Assembly: GCA_040289515.1 (NCBI GenBank)
Contig: PSLI01000043.1
Coordinates: forward strand, 1-15,621
Reading direction: 5' to 3'
Origin: Candidatus Sysuimicrobiota bacterium
GTDB taxonomy: Bacteria; Sysuimicrobiota; Sysuimicrobiia; Sysuimicrobiales; Sysuimicrobiaceae
DNA length: 15,621 nucleotides
The notes beneath the pieces were generated by a model that made no database searches, had not been told where the DNA came from, and was given only the letters and a program-made list of their open reading frames with translations. Position numbers and translations under genes: made by a program. Below are positions 1 through 7,059 of the stretch, piece after piece. The first letter of the stretch is position 1, and the number at the start of each line of letters is the position of its first letter.

Positions 1-141
1 TACCGGAACAGGGCCTTCGATCTCGCCGTGGTGGTAGACGTGCCCGAACCGCCTTCTGGAAACCCCGAAGATTGGCTCGGCATTGACCTCGGGATCGTCA
101 ACATCGCCACCGATTCGGAGGGGATAATCCGTGATATCTGA
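1..141 (+). pseudogene. tnpB: Truncated IS200/IS605-family TnpB (5' part outside window); ends just after the RuvC-I motif
   Basis: Frame +1 reads YRNRAFDLAVVVDVPEPPSGNPEDWLGIDLGIVNIATDSEGIIRDI* with TGA at 139-141. LGIDLGIVNIATDSEG is a typical TnpB/Cas12f RuvC-I segment. Not in the ORF track because it has no start codon in the window. Confidence 0.85.
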
Positions 142-535
142 AACCGAAAAGGCATATGCTGCTGGACTTTTCCATGGAGAGGGATCCATTAGTATAACCC
201 CACCCAGAAAGAGACGCGGATATGGGCTTATGGTATCGTTGACCCAGACTTCTCCCGAAGCCGTTCGTCGACTGCACAGGATATGGGGAGGAAGTTTATG
301 CAATGAGACACGACATTTAAAAAATCGTCCCTCACTCACCGTATGGCGCTGGATACTGCACACTCGTGCGGCAGCCAAGTTCTTACAGGACATTCTGCCG
401 TACCTCACCCTTAAAAGGTCCCAAGCCGAGGTTGCCATTGAATTCCAAAGCCGCAAATGTAACGGACGCCGGTTGACAAAGGATCGTTTGATAGAAGACG
501 AGTCATATCGTCGACGACTGCACGCTTTACGGTAG
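131..535 (+). CDS. Single-motif LAGLIDADG homing endonuclease (I-CreI-like), 134 aa
   Basis: YAAGLFHGEGSI matches the LAGLIDADG helix (I-CreI YLAGFVDGDGSI). VSLTQT and FLQDILPYLTLKRSQA resemble I-CreI FQVTQK and FLTQLQPFLKLKQKQA. GTG start with GGAGG at 117-121. Hand-counted GC is about 50%. Confidence 0.88.
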   Translation: MISETEKAYAAGLFHGEGSISITPPRKRRGYGLMVSLTQTSPEAVRRLHRIWGGSLCNETRHLKNRPSLTVWRWILHTRAAAKFLQDILPYLTLKRSQAEVAIEFQSRKCNGRRLTKDRLIEDESYRRRLHALR

Positions 536-585
536 CGAGCAGGGCCGTCGTCATGCGGCCGTACGCGGCGGGCCAACCAGCCTAG
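532..585 (+). pseudogene. tnpB: Residual 3' tail of tnpB (segment following RuvC-III)
   Basis: Frame +1, the same frame as the 5' tnpB piece, reads VASRAVVMRPYAAGQPA* (TAG 583-585). This resembles the N-I-A-x-R-A-x-V-x-x-P C-terminus of TnpBs. GC returns to about 67%. Confidence 0.65.
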
Positions 586-641
586 CTGCAAGCCCCTGGC
601 TTTAGCCATGGGGTTCATGACAGTTCCACCTCCCGGCCCGT
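536..641 (+). ncRNA. Putative TnpB omegaRNA (reRNA): scaffold to ~621 plus flank-derived guide ~622-641; 5' boundary uncertain
   Basis: Overlaps the tnpB 3' tail and the right-end hairpin, as established for TnpB omegaRNAs. Expression and boundaries are inferred only. Confidence 0.5.
589..621 (+). mobile_element. IS200/IS605-type right end with subterminal hairpin
   Basis: CAAG-CCCCTGGC-TTTA-GCCA-T-GGGG-TTCATGAC. CCCC 593-596 pairs with GGGG 610-613, and TGGC pairs with GCCA around a TTTA loop. This follows the familiar caagcccc...tttag...ggggt..tgac/tcac pattern of tnpB element ends. The exact terminal base is inferred. Confidence 0.75.
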
Positions 642-1499
642 GATGCGGCGGAACACCTCCAGGTACCGGGCCCGTAACTCGGCCACCAGGTCCGAGGGCA
701 GCTGCGGCCCGGGTGGGGTCTTGTCCCAGCCCACGCGCTCCAGGTAATCCCGCAGCAGCTGCTTGTCGAAGGGCTCCAGCTGGCCTCGGGCGTACGCCTC
801 CCGGTCCCAGTAGCGGGACGAGTCCGGGGTGCCCACCTCGTCGATGAGCACCAGCTCCCCAGCTACCAGGCCGAACTCAAACTTGGTGTCCGCCAGCACC
901 AGGCCCCTTGATGCCACGTACTCCGCCAGGTGGCAGTACAGGCGCAGGCTGGTCTCGCGCAGGCGCTCCGCCAGTTCGGGGCCCACCGTGGCGCACAGGG
1001 CCTGGAAGGTTACGTTCTCGTCGTGGCCCGCCTGCTGCTTGGTGGCGGGGGTGAACAGGGGCTCCGGCAGCCGCGCCCCGGGCTGCAGCCCCGGGGGCAG
1101 CTGCACCCCGCACACGCTCCCGGTCCGCTGGTACTCCTTCCACGCGGATCCAGTCAAGTAGCCCCGCACCACACACTCGAAATCTACCCGGCGGGCCCGG
1201 CGCACCAGCATGCTGCGGCCCCGCAGGACCACCAGGTGCGCCTCCTCTAGGCCCGCGGCCTGCGCCACGTCCCGTAGGTCGGTGCTCACCAGGTGGTTGG
1301 GCACCTGTCGGGTGCGCGCAAACCAGAAGGCCGACAGCTGCGTGAGGACCTTCCCGCGGTCCGGAACGGGGGTGGGTAGCACCACGTCGAAGGCGCTGAC
1401 GCGGTCCGTGGCCACCATCAGCAGGTGGTCGCCTAGGTCGTACACGTCCCGCACCTTGCCCCGACAGAACAGGGGCAGCGCCAGCGCGGTCTCCCTCAC
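615..1499 (-). CDS. purC: SAICAR synthetase
   Basis: GKVRDVY, DRVSAFD, ECVVRGYLTGS, DTKFEFG, DEVGTPDSSRYW and DKQ motifs. GTG start at 1499 overlaps the purB stop, with SD AGGAGG. Confidence 0.96.
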   Translation of the reverse strand: MRETALALPLFCRGKVRDVYDLGDHLLMVATDRVSAFDVVLPTPVPDRGKVLTQLSAFWFARTRQVPNHLVSTDLRDVAQAAGLEEAHLVVLRGRSMLVRRARRVDFECVVRGYLTGSAWKEYQRTGSVCGVQLPPGLQPGARLPEPLFTPATKQQAGHDENVTFQALCATVGPELAERLRETSLRLYCHLAEYVASRGLVLADTKFEFGLVAGELVLIDEVGTPDSSRYWDREAYARGQLEPFDKQLLRDYLERVGWDKTPPGPQLPSDLVAELRARYLEVFRRITGREVELS

Positions 1500-2830
1500 C
1501 GCACCACCTCCTGACGGCGGGGCACTCCCACGCGCTCCAGGATCTCGTCCGCGTAACGCAGGTAGGGGGTCGGGTCCAGGCACTCCCGCAGGCGGGCCTC
1601 GTCCGAGGCCTGCCGCACCTCGGGGTCCAGCAGCAGCTTCTGCACCAAGGCGTCCGGGGCCGGCGCGGGGTCTTGCCACACCGCCGCCGCGGCGCGCTGC
1701 ACTGCCTTGTATGCCGCCTCCCGGGACATCCCTCGCTCCACCAAATGCAGCAGCACCCGATGGGAGTACACCAGGCCCCCCGTGCTCTCCAGGTTCCGCC
1801 GCATACGGTCCGGATCCACCCGCAGCCCGGCCACCACCTGACGGGTCTTGCGCAGCATGTAGTGCAGCAGCGCGGTGGCCCCCGACAGCACGATGCGCTC
1901 GTTGGAAGAGTGGGTGATGTCCCGCTCGCCCCACAGGGCCTGGTTCTCCAGCGCCACCACCGCGCAGCCGCGCAGCATGCGGCTCAGGCCCACCACCCGC
2001 TCGCTCAGGATGGGGTTGCGCTTGTGCGGCATCGCGGAAGACCCCATCTGCCCCTCCGCGAAGGGCTCCTCCAGCTCCCGGATTTCCGAGCGCTGCAGGG
2101 ACCGCACCTCGGTGGCGATGCGCTCCAGGCTGCCCGCCACCACCGCCAGGGCCGTGAGGTACTGGGCGTGTCGGTCCCGCTGGATCACCTGGGACGAGGC
2201 GACCTCCGGCGCCAGCCCCAGCCGCTCGCACACGTACGCCTCCACCTGCGGGGGCAGGTGCGCGTAGTTGCCCACCTCCCCGGACAACTTGCCTACCCGC
2301 ACGGCCTCCCGCGCCTGCTGCAACCGCACCCGCGACCGCTCCAGCTCCGCGATCCACGTGGCCACCTTGCAGCCGAAGGTGATGGGTTCCGCCTGGACCC
2401 CGTGGGTGCGGCCGGCCATGAGGGTGTGGCGGTGGCGATCCGCCAGCTTCCGCACGGCCCGGAGCAACCCGTCCAGCTCTTCCAAAAGCAGGTCTGCGGC
2501 CCGCACCAGGAGCACGCAGGTCGCGGTGTCCACTACGTCCGAGGAGCCCAGACCCCGGTGGAGGTAGCGGGCGTCGTCGCCCAGGTCCTCGGAGACCACC
2601 CGCAGGAAGGCCACCACGTCGTGGTGGGTCTGCTGCTCCTCCACCTCCCGCACCCGCTCGGGGTCCGGCACCCGGGCCCGGTCCCGCAGCCTCCGCGCCA
2701 CCTCCGCGGGCACCCATCCCAGCTGCGCCTGCGCCTCCACCGCCAACAGCTCCACCTCCAGCCAGGTGGCCAGCTTGGCGCGCTCGCTCCACAGCTGCGC
2801 CATCTCCGGCGTGGTGTACCGGGGGATCAC
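1496..2830 (-). CDS. purB: Adenylosuccinate lyase
   Basis: MIPRYTTPEM N-terminus, HDVVAF, GRTHG and GSSAMPHKRNP. GTG start overlaps the purA stop, with SD GGAGG. Confidence 0.95.
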   Translation of the reverse strand: MIPRYTTPEMAQLWSERAKLATWLEVELLAVEAQAQLGWVPAEVARRLRDRARVPDPERVREVEEQQTHHDVVAFLRVVSEDLGDDARYLHRGLGSSDVVDTATCVLLVRAADLLLEELDGLLRAVRKLADRHRHTLMAGRTHGVQAEPITFGCKVATWIAELERSRVRLQQAREAVRVGKLSGEVGNYAHLPPQVEAYVCERLGLAPEVASSQVIQRDRHAQYLTALAVVAGSLERIATEVRSLQRSEIRELEEPFAEGQMGSSAMPHKRNPILSERVVGLSRMLRGCAVVALENQALWGERDITHSSNERIVLSGATALLHYMLRKTRQVVAGLRVDPDRMRRNLESTGGLVYSHRVLLHLVERGMSREAAYKAVQRAAAAVWQDPAPAPDALVQKLLLDPEVRQASDEARLRECLDPTPYLRYADEILERVGVPRRQEVVR

Positions 2831-4110
2831 AGCACGCCTCCGGGGGTGTACACGGTGTCCTGCCGGCGCGGGCCGGTGCCGATCATGGTGACCGGCACCC
2901 CGCACAGCTCCTGGACTCGCTCCACGAACCGCCGGGCCTGCACCGGCAGGTCCGCGTACCGGGTCACCCCGTGGGTCGATGTCCTCCAGCCGGGCAGTTC
3001 CTCGTACACGGGCCGCACCCGCTCCAGCACCGGGGTGGGTGGGATCGTGGCAAGGCGCTGGCCCCGGTATTCGTAGGCGACGCACACCCGCACGGGGTCG
3101 AAGGGGTCCAAAACGTCCAGCTTCATCAAAGCGATCTCCGTGCAGCCGTTCAGGCGCGAGGCAAAGCGTGCGGCCACCCCGTCGAACCACCCGCACCGCC
3201 GCGGCCGACCGGTGGTGGCGCCGTACTCCTGCCCCAGCTCCCGCAACCTTGTCCCCTCGGGTCCGGCATCCTCCGTGGGCATGGGGCCGGAACCCACCGC
3301 GGTGGTGTAGGACTTGACAACGCCTACCACCCGCGTGATGCGGTGGGGCGGGATGCCCGCGCCGGAGCATGCACCCCCCGCCAGGGTGGTGGAGGAGGTC
3401 ACGTAGGGGTAGATGCCCCAGTCCACGTCCCGCATGGTCCCCAGGTGGCCCTCCAGCAGGACAGGGTCGTCCACCTCCAAGGCCTGCTGCACCACCTCGA
3501 ACCCGTCCGCCACATAGGGCCGCAGCCGCTCCGCCCACGCCTGGCACGCCCTCCGGACCGCGGCAGGGTCCAGCACCGGCTGGCCGTGCACCCGCTCCAG
3601 GTACGCGTTGTGCCGGCGCAGGGAGGCCGCCAGCTGGGCTTCCAGCATTTCCGGGTGGTACAGGTCCGCTACCCGCAGACCCACCCGGGCCACCTTGTCC
3701 GTGTACGAGGGCCAGATCCCCTGGCGGGTGGTCCCGTGGGCACCCGCACCCCGCGCTTCCTCCTCCAGCACGTCCAGCTGCACGTGGTGCGGCAGGGTGA
3801 GGTGGGCCCGGTCGGACAGCAGCAGCTGCCCGCGCGCCAGGCCACGGCGCGCCAGGTCGTCCAGCTCCCGCAGCAGCAGGTCGGGGTTCACCACACAGCC
3901 CGGCCCGATGAGGTTGCGGCAGCCCGGATGGAAGATCCCCGAGGGCACCAGGTGCAGCCGGAAGGTGCCCCACTCGTTCACGATGGTGTGGCCGGCGTTG
4001 GCGCCGCCGTTGAAACGCACCACCAGCCGCGCGTGCTGGCTGAGGGCGTCGATCACCTTGCCCTTGCCCTCGTCGCCCCAGTGCAGGCCTACCACCGCGG
4101 TAACGGGCAT
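2827..4110 (-). CDS. purA: Adenylosuccinate synthetase (atypical at several motifs)
   Basis: WGDEGKGK, GGANAGHT, YPYVTSS, EYGATTGRPRRCGWFD and KLDVL motifs; 427 aa. Confidence 0.95.
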   Translation of the reverse strand: MPVTAVVGLHWGDEGKGKVIDALSQHARLVVRFNGGANAGHTIVNEWGTFRLHLVPSGIFHPGCRNLIGPGCVVNPDLLLRELDDLARRGLARGQLLLSDRAHLTLPHHVQLDVLEEEARGAGAHGTTRQGIWPSYTDKVARVGLRVADLYHPEMLEAQLAASLRRHNAYLERVHGQPVLDPAAVRRACQAWAERLRPYVADGFEVVQQALEVDDPVLLEGHLGTMRDVDWGIYPYVTSSTTLAGGACSGAGIPPHRITRVVGVVKSYTTAVGSGPMPTEDAGPEGTRLRELGQEYGATTGRPRRCGWFDGVAARFASRLNGCTEIALMKLDVLDPFDPVRVCVAYEYRGQRLATIPPTPVLERVRPVYEELPGWRTSTHGVTRYADLPVQARRFVERVQELCGVPVTMIGTGPRRQDTVYTPGGVL

Positions 4111-5390
4111 CAGATCTCCACTCCCGCCGCCTGCAACGCCCGCAGCCCGATGTCGGTGCGGTAGTGCATGCCCTCGAAGCGCACCCGCTCGAGGGCGCGG
4201 TAGGCGGCCTGCCGGGCGGCCCGCACATCCGGACCCAAGCCCACCGCGTTCAGCACGCGCCCGCCTGCGGTGACCAGCCTCCCACCCTCCTCCGCCACAC
4301 CCGCGCAGAACACCAGGGCGTCCGGGGGCAGCGCTTCTCCAAGGCCCAGGACGTGCTTACCCCGCTGGGGAGAGTCTGGGTAACCCTGAGCCGCCGCCAC
4401 CACGCACACCGCGGCCCCGGGCCTCCACCGCAGCCGCACCTCGTGCAGGCGCCCCGTGCACGCGGCCACCAGCACCTCCGCCAGGTCGGTGTCCAGCAGG
4501 GGCAGCAACACCTGCGCTTCGGGGTCGCCAAACCGCGCGTTGAACTCCAGCACCTTCGGGCCATCCCGCGTCAGCATCAGGCCCGCGTACAGCACACCCC
4601 GGAAGGGAGCCCCGTCCGCGCACAGGGCCCGCGCCGTGGGCTCTAGAACCTCCCGGGCGATCCGCTCCACCACGGAGGGGCCGAGGTGCGGCAGCGGGGC
4701 CACCGCGCCCATCCCACCGGTGTTGGGGCCGCGGTCGCCGTCCAGCAGCCGCTTGTGGTCCTGCGCCAGCAGCATGGGCACCACGCGCTCCCCGTCTACG
4801 AAGGCCAGCGCGGAGGCCTCCTCCCCCTCCAGGTACTCCTCCACCACCACCCGGCGGCCCGCCTCTGCAAACCTCCCGTCCACCATCAGCGCCCACACCG
4901 CGTCCTGCGCCTCCTGCACGTCCCTGCACACAAGGGCTCCCTTGCCCCCCGCAAGTCCGTCGGCCTTTACCACGCACCGGCCGCCCAGGAAACGCACCCA
5001 CCTCGTTGCCTGCTCGGGCAAGTCGAAGGTGCGGTGATCGGGTTGCGGGACCCCTGCGCGGGCCAGCAGCTGCTTGGCGTACACCTTTGACCACTCGATG
5101 CGCGCGGCAGCTTGGGTGGGTCCGAACACACGGAAGCCCTCCGCCTGCAGGGCGTCTACCAGCCCCCTGGCGAGGGGCTCTTCCGGCCCCACCACCACCA
5201 GGTCCGGCCGCAGCTCCCGTGCCGTGGCCACCACCGCCAGCACATCGGAAGCCGCTACGGGCACCCGAACCGCTTCCCTCATGGCAGGGTTGCCGGGGGC
5301 ACAGAACACTTCGCGCACCGACGGGCTGCGGGAAAGCGCCCACACGAGGGCGTGCTCGCGGCCGCCCGAGCCGACCACCAGGACCCGCAT
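4110..5390 (-). CDS. purD: Phosphoribosylamine--glycine ligase
   Basis: MRVLVVGSGGREHAL, KADGLAGGKG, QDHKR..DGDRGPNTGGMG, EFNARFGDPE and YRTDIG. The true ATG is at 5390; the longer track ORF is an upstream extension. Confidence 0.97.
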   Translation of the reverse strand: MRVLVVGSGGREHALVWALSRSPSVREVFCAPGNPAMREAVRVPVAASDVLAVVATARELRPDLVVVGPEEPLARGLVDALQAEGFRVFGPTQAAARIEWSKVYAKQLLARAGVPQPDHRTFDLPEQATRWVRFLGGRCVVKADGLAGGKGALVCRDVQEAQDAVWALMVDGRFAEAGRRVVVEEYLEGEEASALAFVDGERVVPMLLAQDHKRLLDGDRGPNTGGMGAVAPLPHLGPSVVERIAREVLEPTARALCADGAPFRGVLYAGLMLTRDGPKVLEFNARFGDPEAQVLLPLLDTDLAEVLVAACTGRLHEVRLRWRPGAAVCVVAAAQGYPDSPQRGKHVLGLGEALPPDALVFCAGVAEEGGRLVTAGGRVLNAVGLGPDVRAARQAAYRALERVRFEGMHYRTDIGLRALQAAGVEI

Positions 5391-5500
5391 GCCACCTTCG
5401 GGTTCGTAAATTCCAAACAAATAGGTCTCCCGCGCACACGATAGCCCGAAGTGGCTGTACCCGCAACCTGGCCGACGAGGTTTCGTTCGAAACTGCCGTA
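5391..5500 (-). promoter_or_regulatory. Candidate structured leader/operator region of the pur operon (divergent intergenic region)
   Basis: Inverted repeat 5391-5402 / 5445-5455 covers the purD ribosome-binding site. Palindrome GTTTCG-TT-CGAAAC at 5480-5493. Locally AT-richer. Confidence 0.4.
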
Positions 5501-5543
5501 CGTGACGTGGCCGATACGCAGCCCGGGTACTCTGACTGAACGG

Positions 5544-6242
5544 GTGGGGTCCACGCAGTTCGCGCAGGAGCTCTTCTCGGGTGCCGCCCACCGGTACGAC
5601 CAGGTGGCGTGGTGGCTGAGCTACGGCCAGTATCCCCGCTGGCACCGGGCGCTGGTGTCGTGCGTGCCCGCACACGCACGACGGGTCCTGGACGTGGCCA
5701 CGGGCACGGGGGCCGTGGCGGCTCTGCTGGCCGCCCGGGGCTGCGAGGTGGTAGCCCTGGACCTCACCGAACCCATGCTGCGCCAGGCTGTGCACCGCCT
5801 GCGGGTCGCGCCCCTTGCGCACCGCGTCCACCTGGTCCGCGCGGACGCAGCGCGGCTGCCCTTCCGGGACGAGACCTTCTGCGCGGTGACGTTTACGTTT
5901 CTGCTGCGTTACGTGGACCACCCGCCCGCGGTGCTGCGGGAGCTGGGCCGGGTGGTGCACAGGGGTGGTTGGATGGCCTCCCTGGAGTTCGGCCTTCCGG
6001 ACGTTCCATGGCGGTGGGGGTGGTGGCTGCACACGCGGCTGGTGCTGCCCCTCGGGGGTCGGCTGGTGTCCGACGGGTGGGCGCGGGTGGGCCGTTTTTT
6101 GGGGCCCAGCATCGAGCGCTTCTGGCACGCCTATCCGTTCCAGGAGGTGCGCCGGTGGTGGGGGGAAGCCGGGTTCAGACACATCCAGCGCCTGCGCCTG
6201 AGCCTGGGGGCGGCGGAGGTGGTGTGGGGGCAGAAGACCTGA
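5544..6242 (+). CDS. Class I SAM-dependent methyltransferase, UbiE/MenG-like
   Basis: F...AHRYD..WWLSYGQYPRWHR, VLDVATGTG, ADAARLPFRDETF, FLLRYV and LEFG follow the UbiE/MenG pattern. Probable GTG start at 5544, with a TACTCT -10-like hexamer at 5528-5533. Start uncertain. Confidence 0.8.
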   Translation: MGSTQFAQELFSGAAHRYDQVAWWLSYGQYPRWHRALVSCVPAHARRVLDVATGTGAVAALLAARGCEVVALDLTEPMLRQAVHRLRVAPLAHRVHLVRADAARLPFRDETFCAVTFTFLLRYVDHPPAVLRELGRVVHRGGWMASLEFGLPDVPWRWGWWLHTRLVLPLGGRLVSDGWARVGRFLGPSIERFWHAYPFQEVRRWWGEAGFRHIQRLRLSLGAAEVVWGQKT

Positions 6243-6964
6243 CCAGGCGGCCAGCCTTTTACGCCCTGGCCGCGGGTGGGTGGCGCGACTACGTGACGCT
6301 GCTGCACCTGCCGTACACCACCTGGCACCTCAGCTACGCGGCCCTCGGGGCGTGCGTGGCGTCGGAGTTCCACACTGACCGGCTGGTGCAGGTTCTCGCA
6401 GCGTTTGCCCTGGGCCTGGGGGTGGCCGCCCACGCCCTGGACGAGCTGCACGGCCGGCCCCTGGGCACCCGCATCCCCGACCGCGTACTACTAGGACTCG
6501 CCGCAGTCTCCCTGGCGGCTGCAGCTGCCATCGGGGTCCGTGCCGCGGTCGCTGTGTCTGCGTGGACCCTGCCGTTCGTGGCTGCGGGCGTTTTGCTGGT
6601 GCTGGCGTACAACCTGGAGTGGTGGGGCGGCCGGTTGCACACGGACCGCTGGTTCGCTCTGGCATGGGGTGCCTTCCCCGCCCTGGTGGGGCAGTGGGCG
6701 CAGAGCCTGACGCTGGAACCTGCGGGGGTCCTTTTGGCCTGCGCCGCTTACTTCGCCAGCCGAGCCCAGCGCCACCTGAGCCGCGCCGCACGCACGTGGC
6801 GCCGCCAGGTGGTGGAGCTCTCCGGATGGGCGCGCTACCGGGACGGCCGGGTGGAACCCCTCACCATCCCCGAGCTGTTGAAGCCTCCCGAGTCCGCCCT
6901 GCGGGCGCTGGCGTGGGCGCTCCCGCTGCTGGCCCTCACCTGTCTGGTCGCCCGCCTGCGCTAA
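6224..6964 (+). CDS. Multi-pass membrane protein, possibly UbiA prenyltransferase-like
   Basis: Multiple hydrophobic helices, AHALDE (NDxxD-like position) and LAYNLE. Overlaps the methyltransferase stop. Start uncertain: GTG 6224 after GGAGG, or near 6239. Confidence 0.65.
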   Translation: MGAEDLTRRPAFYALAAGGWRDYVTLLHLPYTTWHLSYAALGACVASEFHTDRLVQVLAAFALGLGVAAHALDELHGRPLGTRIPDRVLLGLAAVSLAAAAAIGVRAAVAVSAWTLPFVAAGVLLVLAYNLEWWGGRLHTDRWFALAWGAFPALVGQWAQSLTLEPAGVLLACAAYFASRAQRHLSRAARTWRRQVVELSGWARYRDGRVEPLTIPELLKPPESALRALAWALPLLALTCLVARLR

Positions 6965-6996
6965 ATTTTCCGGCGCGCGGCAGCCCGACACGAGCC

Positions 6997-7028
6997 GTGA
7001 CAGACCTGTGACCGAGCAGGCCTACGGT
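6997..7028 (+). promoter_or_regulatory. Possible response-regulator direct repeat plus -10 element
   Basis: GTGAC at 6997 and 7008 (11-bp period), followed by TACGGT at 7023-7028, upstream of the 7060 gene. Confidence 0.3.
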
Positions 7029-7059
7029 GAAGGTCGAAGTCGCACAGGGAGGTGGTGCC

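Noticed and set aside
265..523. Short repeat CGACTGCAC occurring twice in the LAGLIDADG ORF
   Set aside because: It encodes RLH twice and is not at the insert boundaries, so it is not a target-site duplication.
124..535. LAGLIDADG ORF as part of a group I intron or intein in tnpB
   Set aside because: There is no non-coding room for a ribozyme core and no intein splice motifs, and the ORF is in a different frame with its own start and stop. Removing it would not restore RuvC-II, the Zn finger or RuvC-III. An IStron core upstream of the window cannot be excluded.
1..621. Type V CRISPR (Cas12f) locus
   Set aside because: No repeat-spacer array or cas genes are visible anywhere in the window; the downstream sequence is an IS-type end.
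2827..4110. PurZ (2-aminoadenine pathway)
   Set aside because: The catalytic Asp in GDEGKG is retained (PurZ has Ser), and the context is a chromosomal pur operon with no phage genes.
5391..5540. Known purine, ZTP, PRPP or c-di-GMP riboswitch
   Set aside because: Consensus cores were not found on the purD sense strand. A CGTAAA resemblance lies on the wrong strand.
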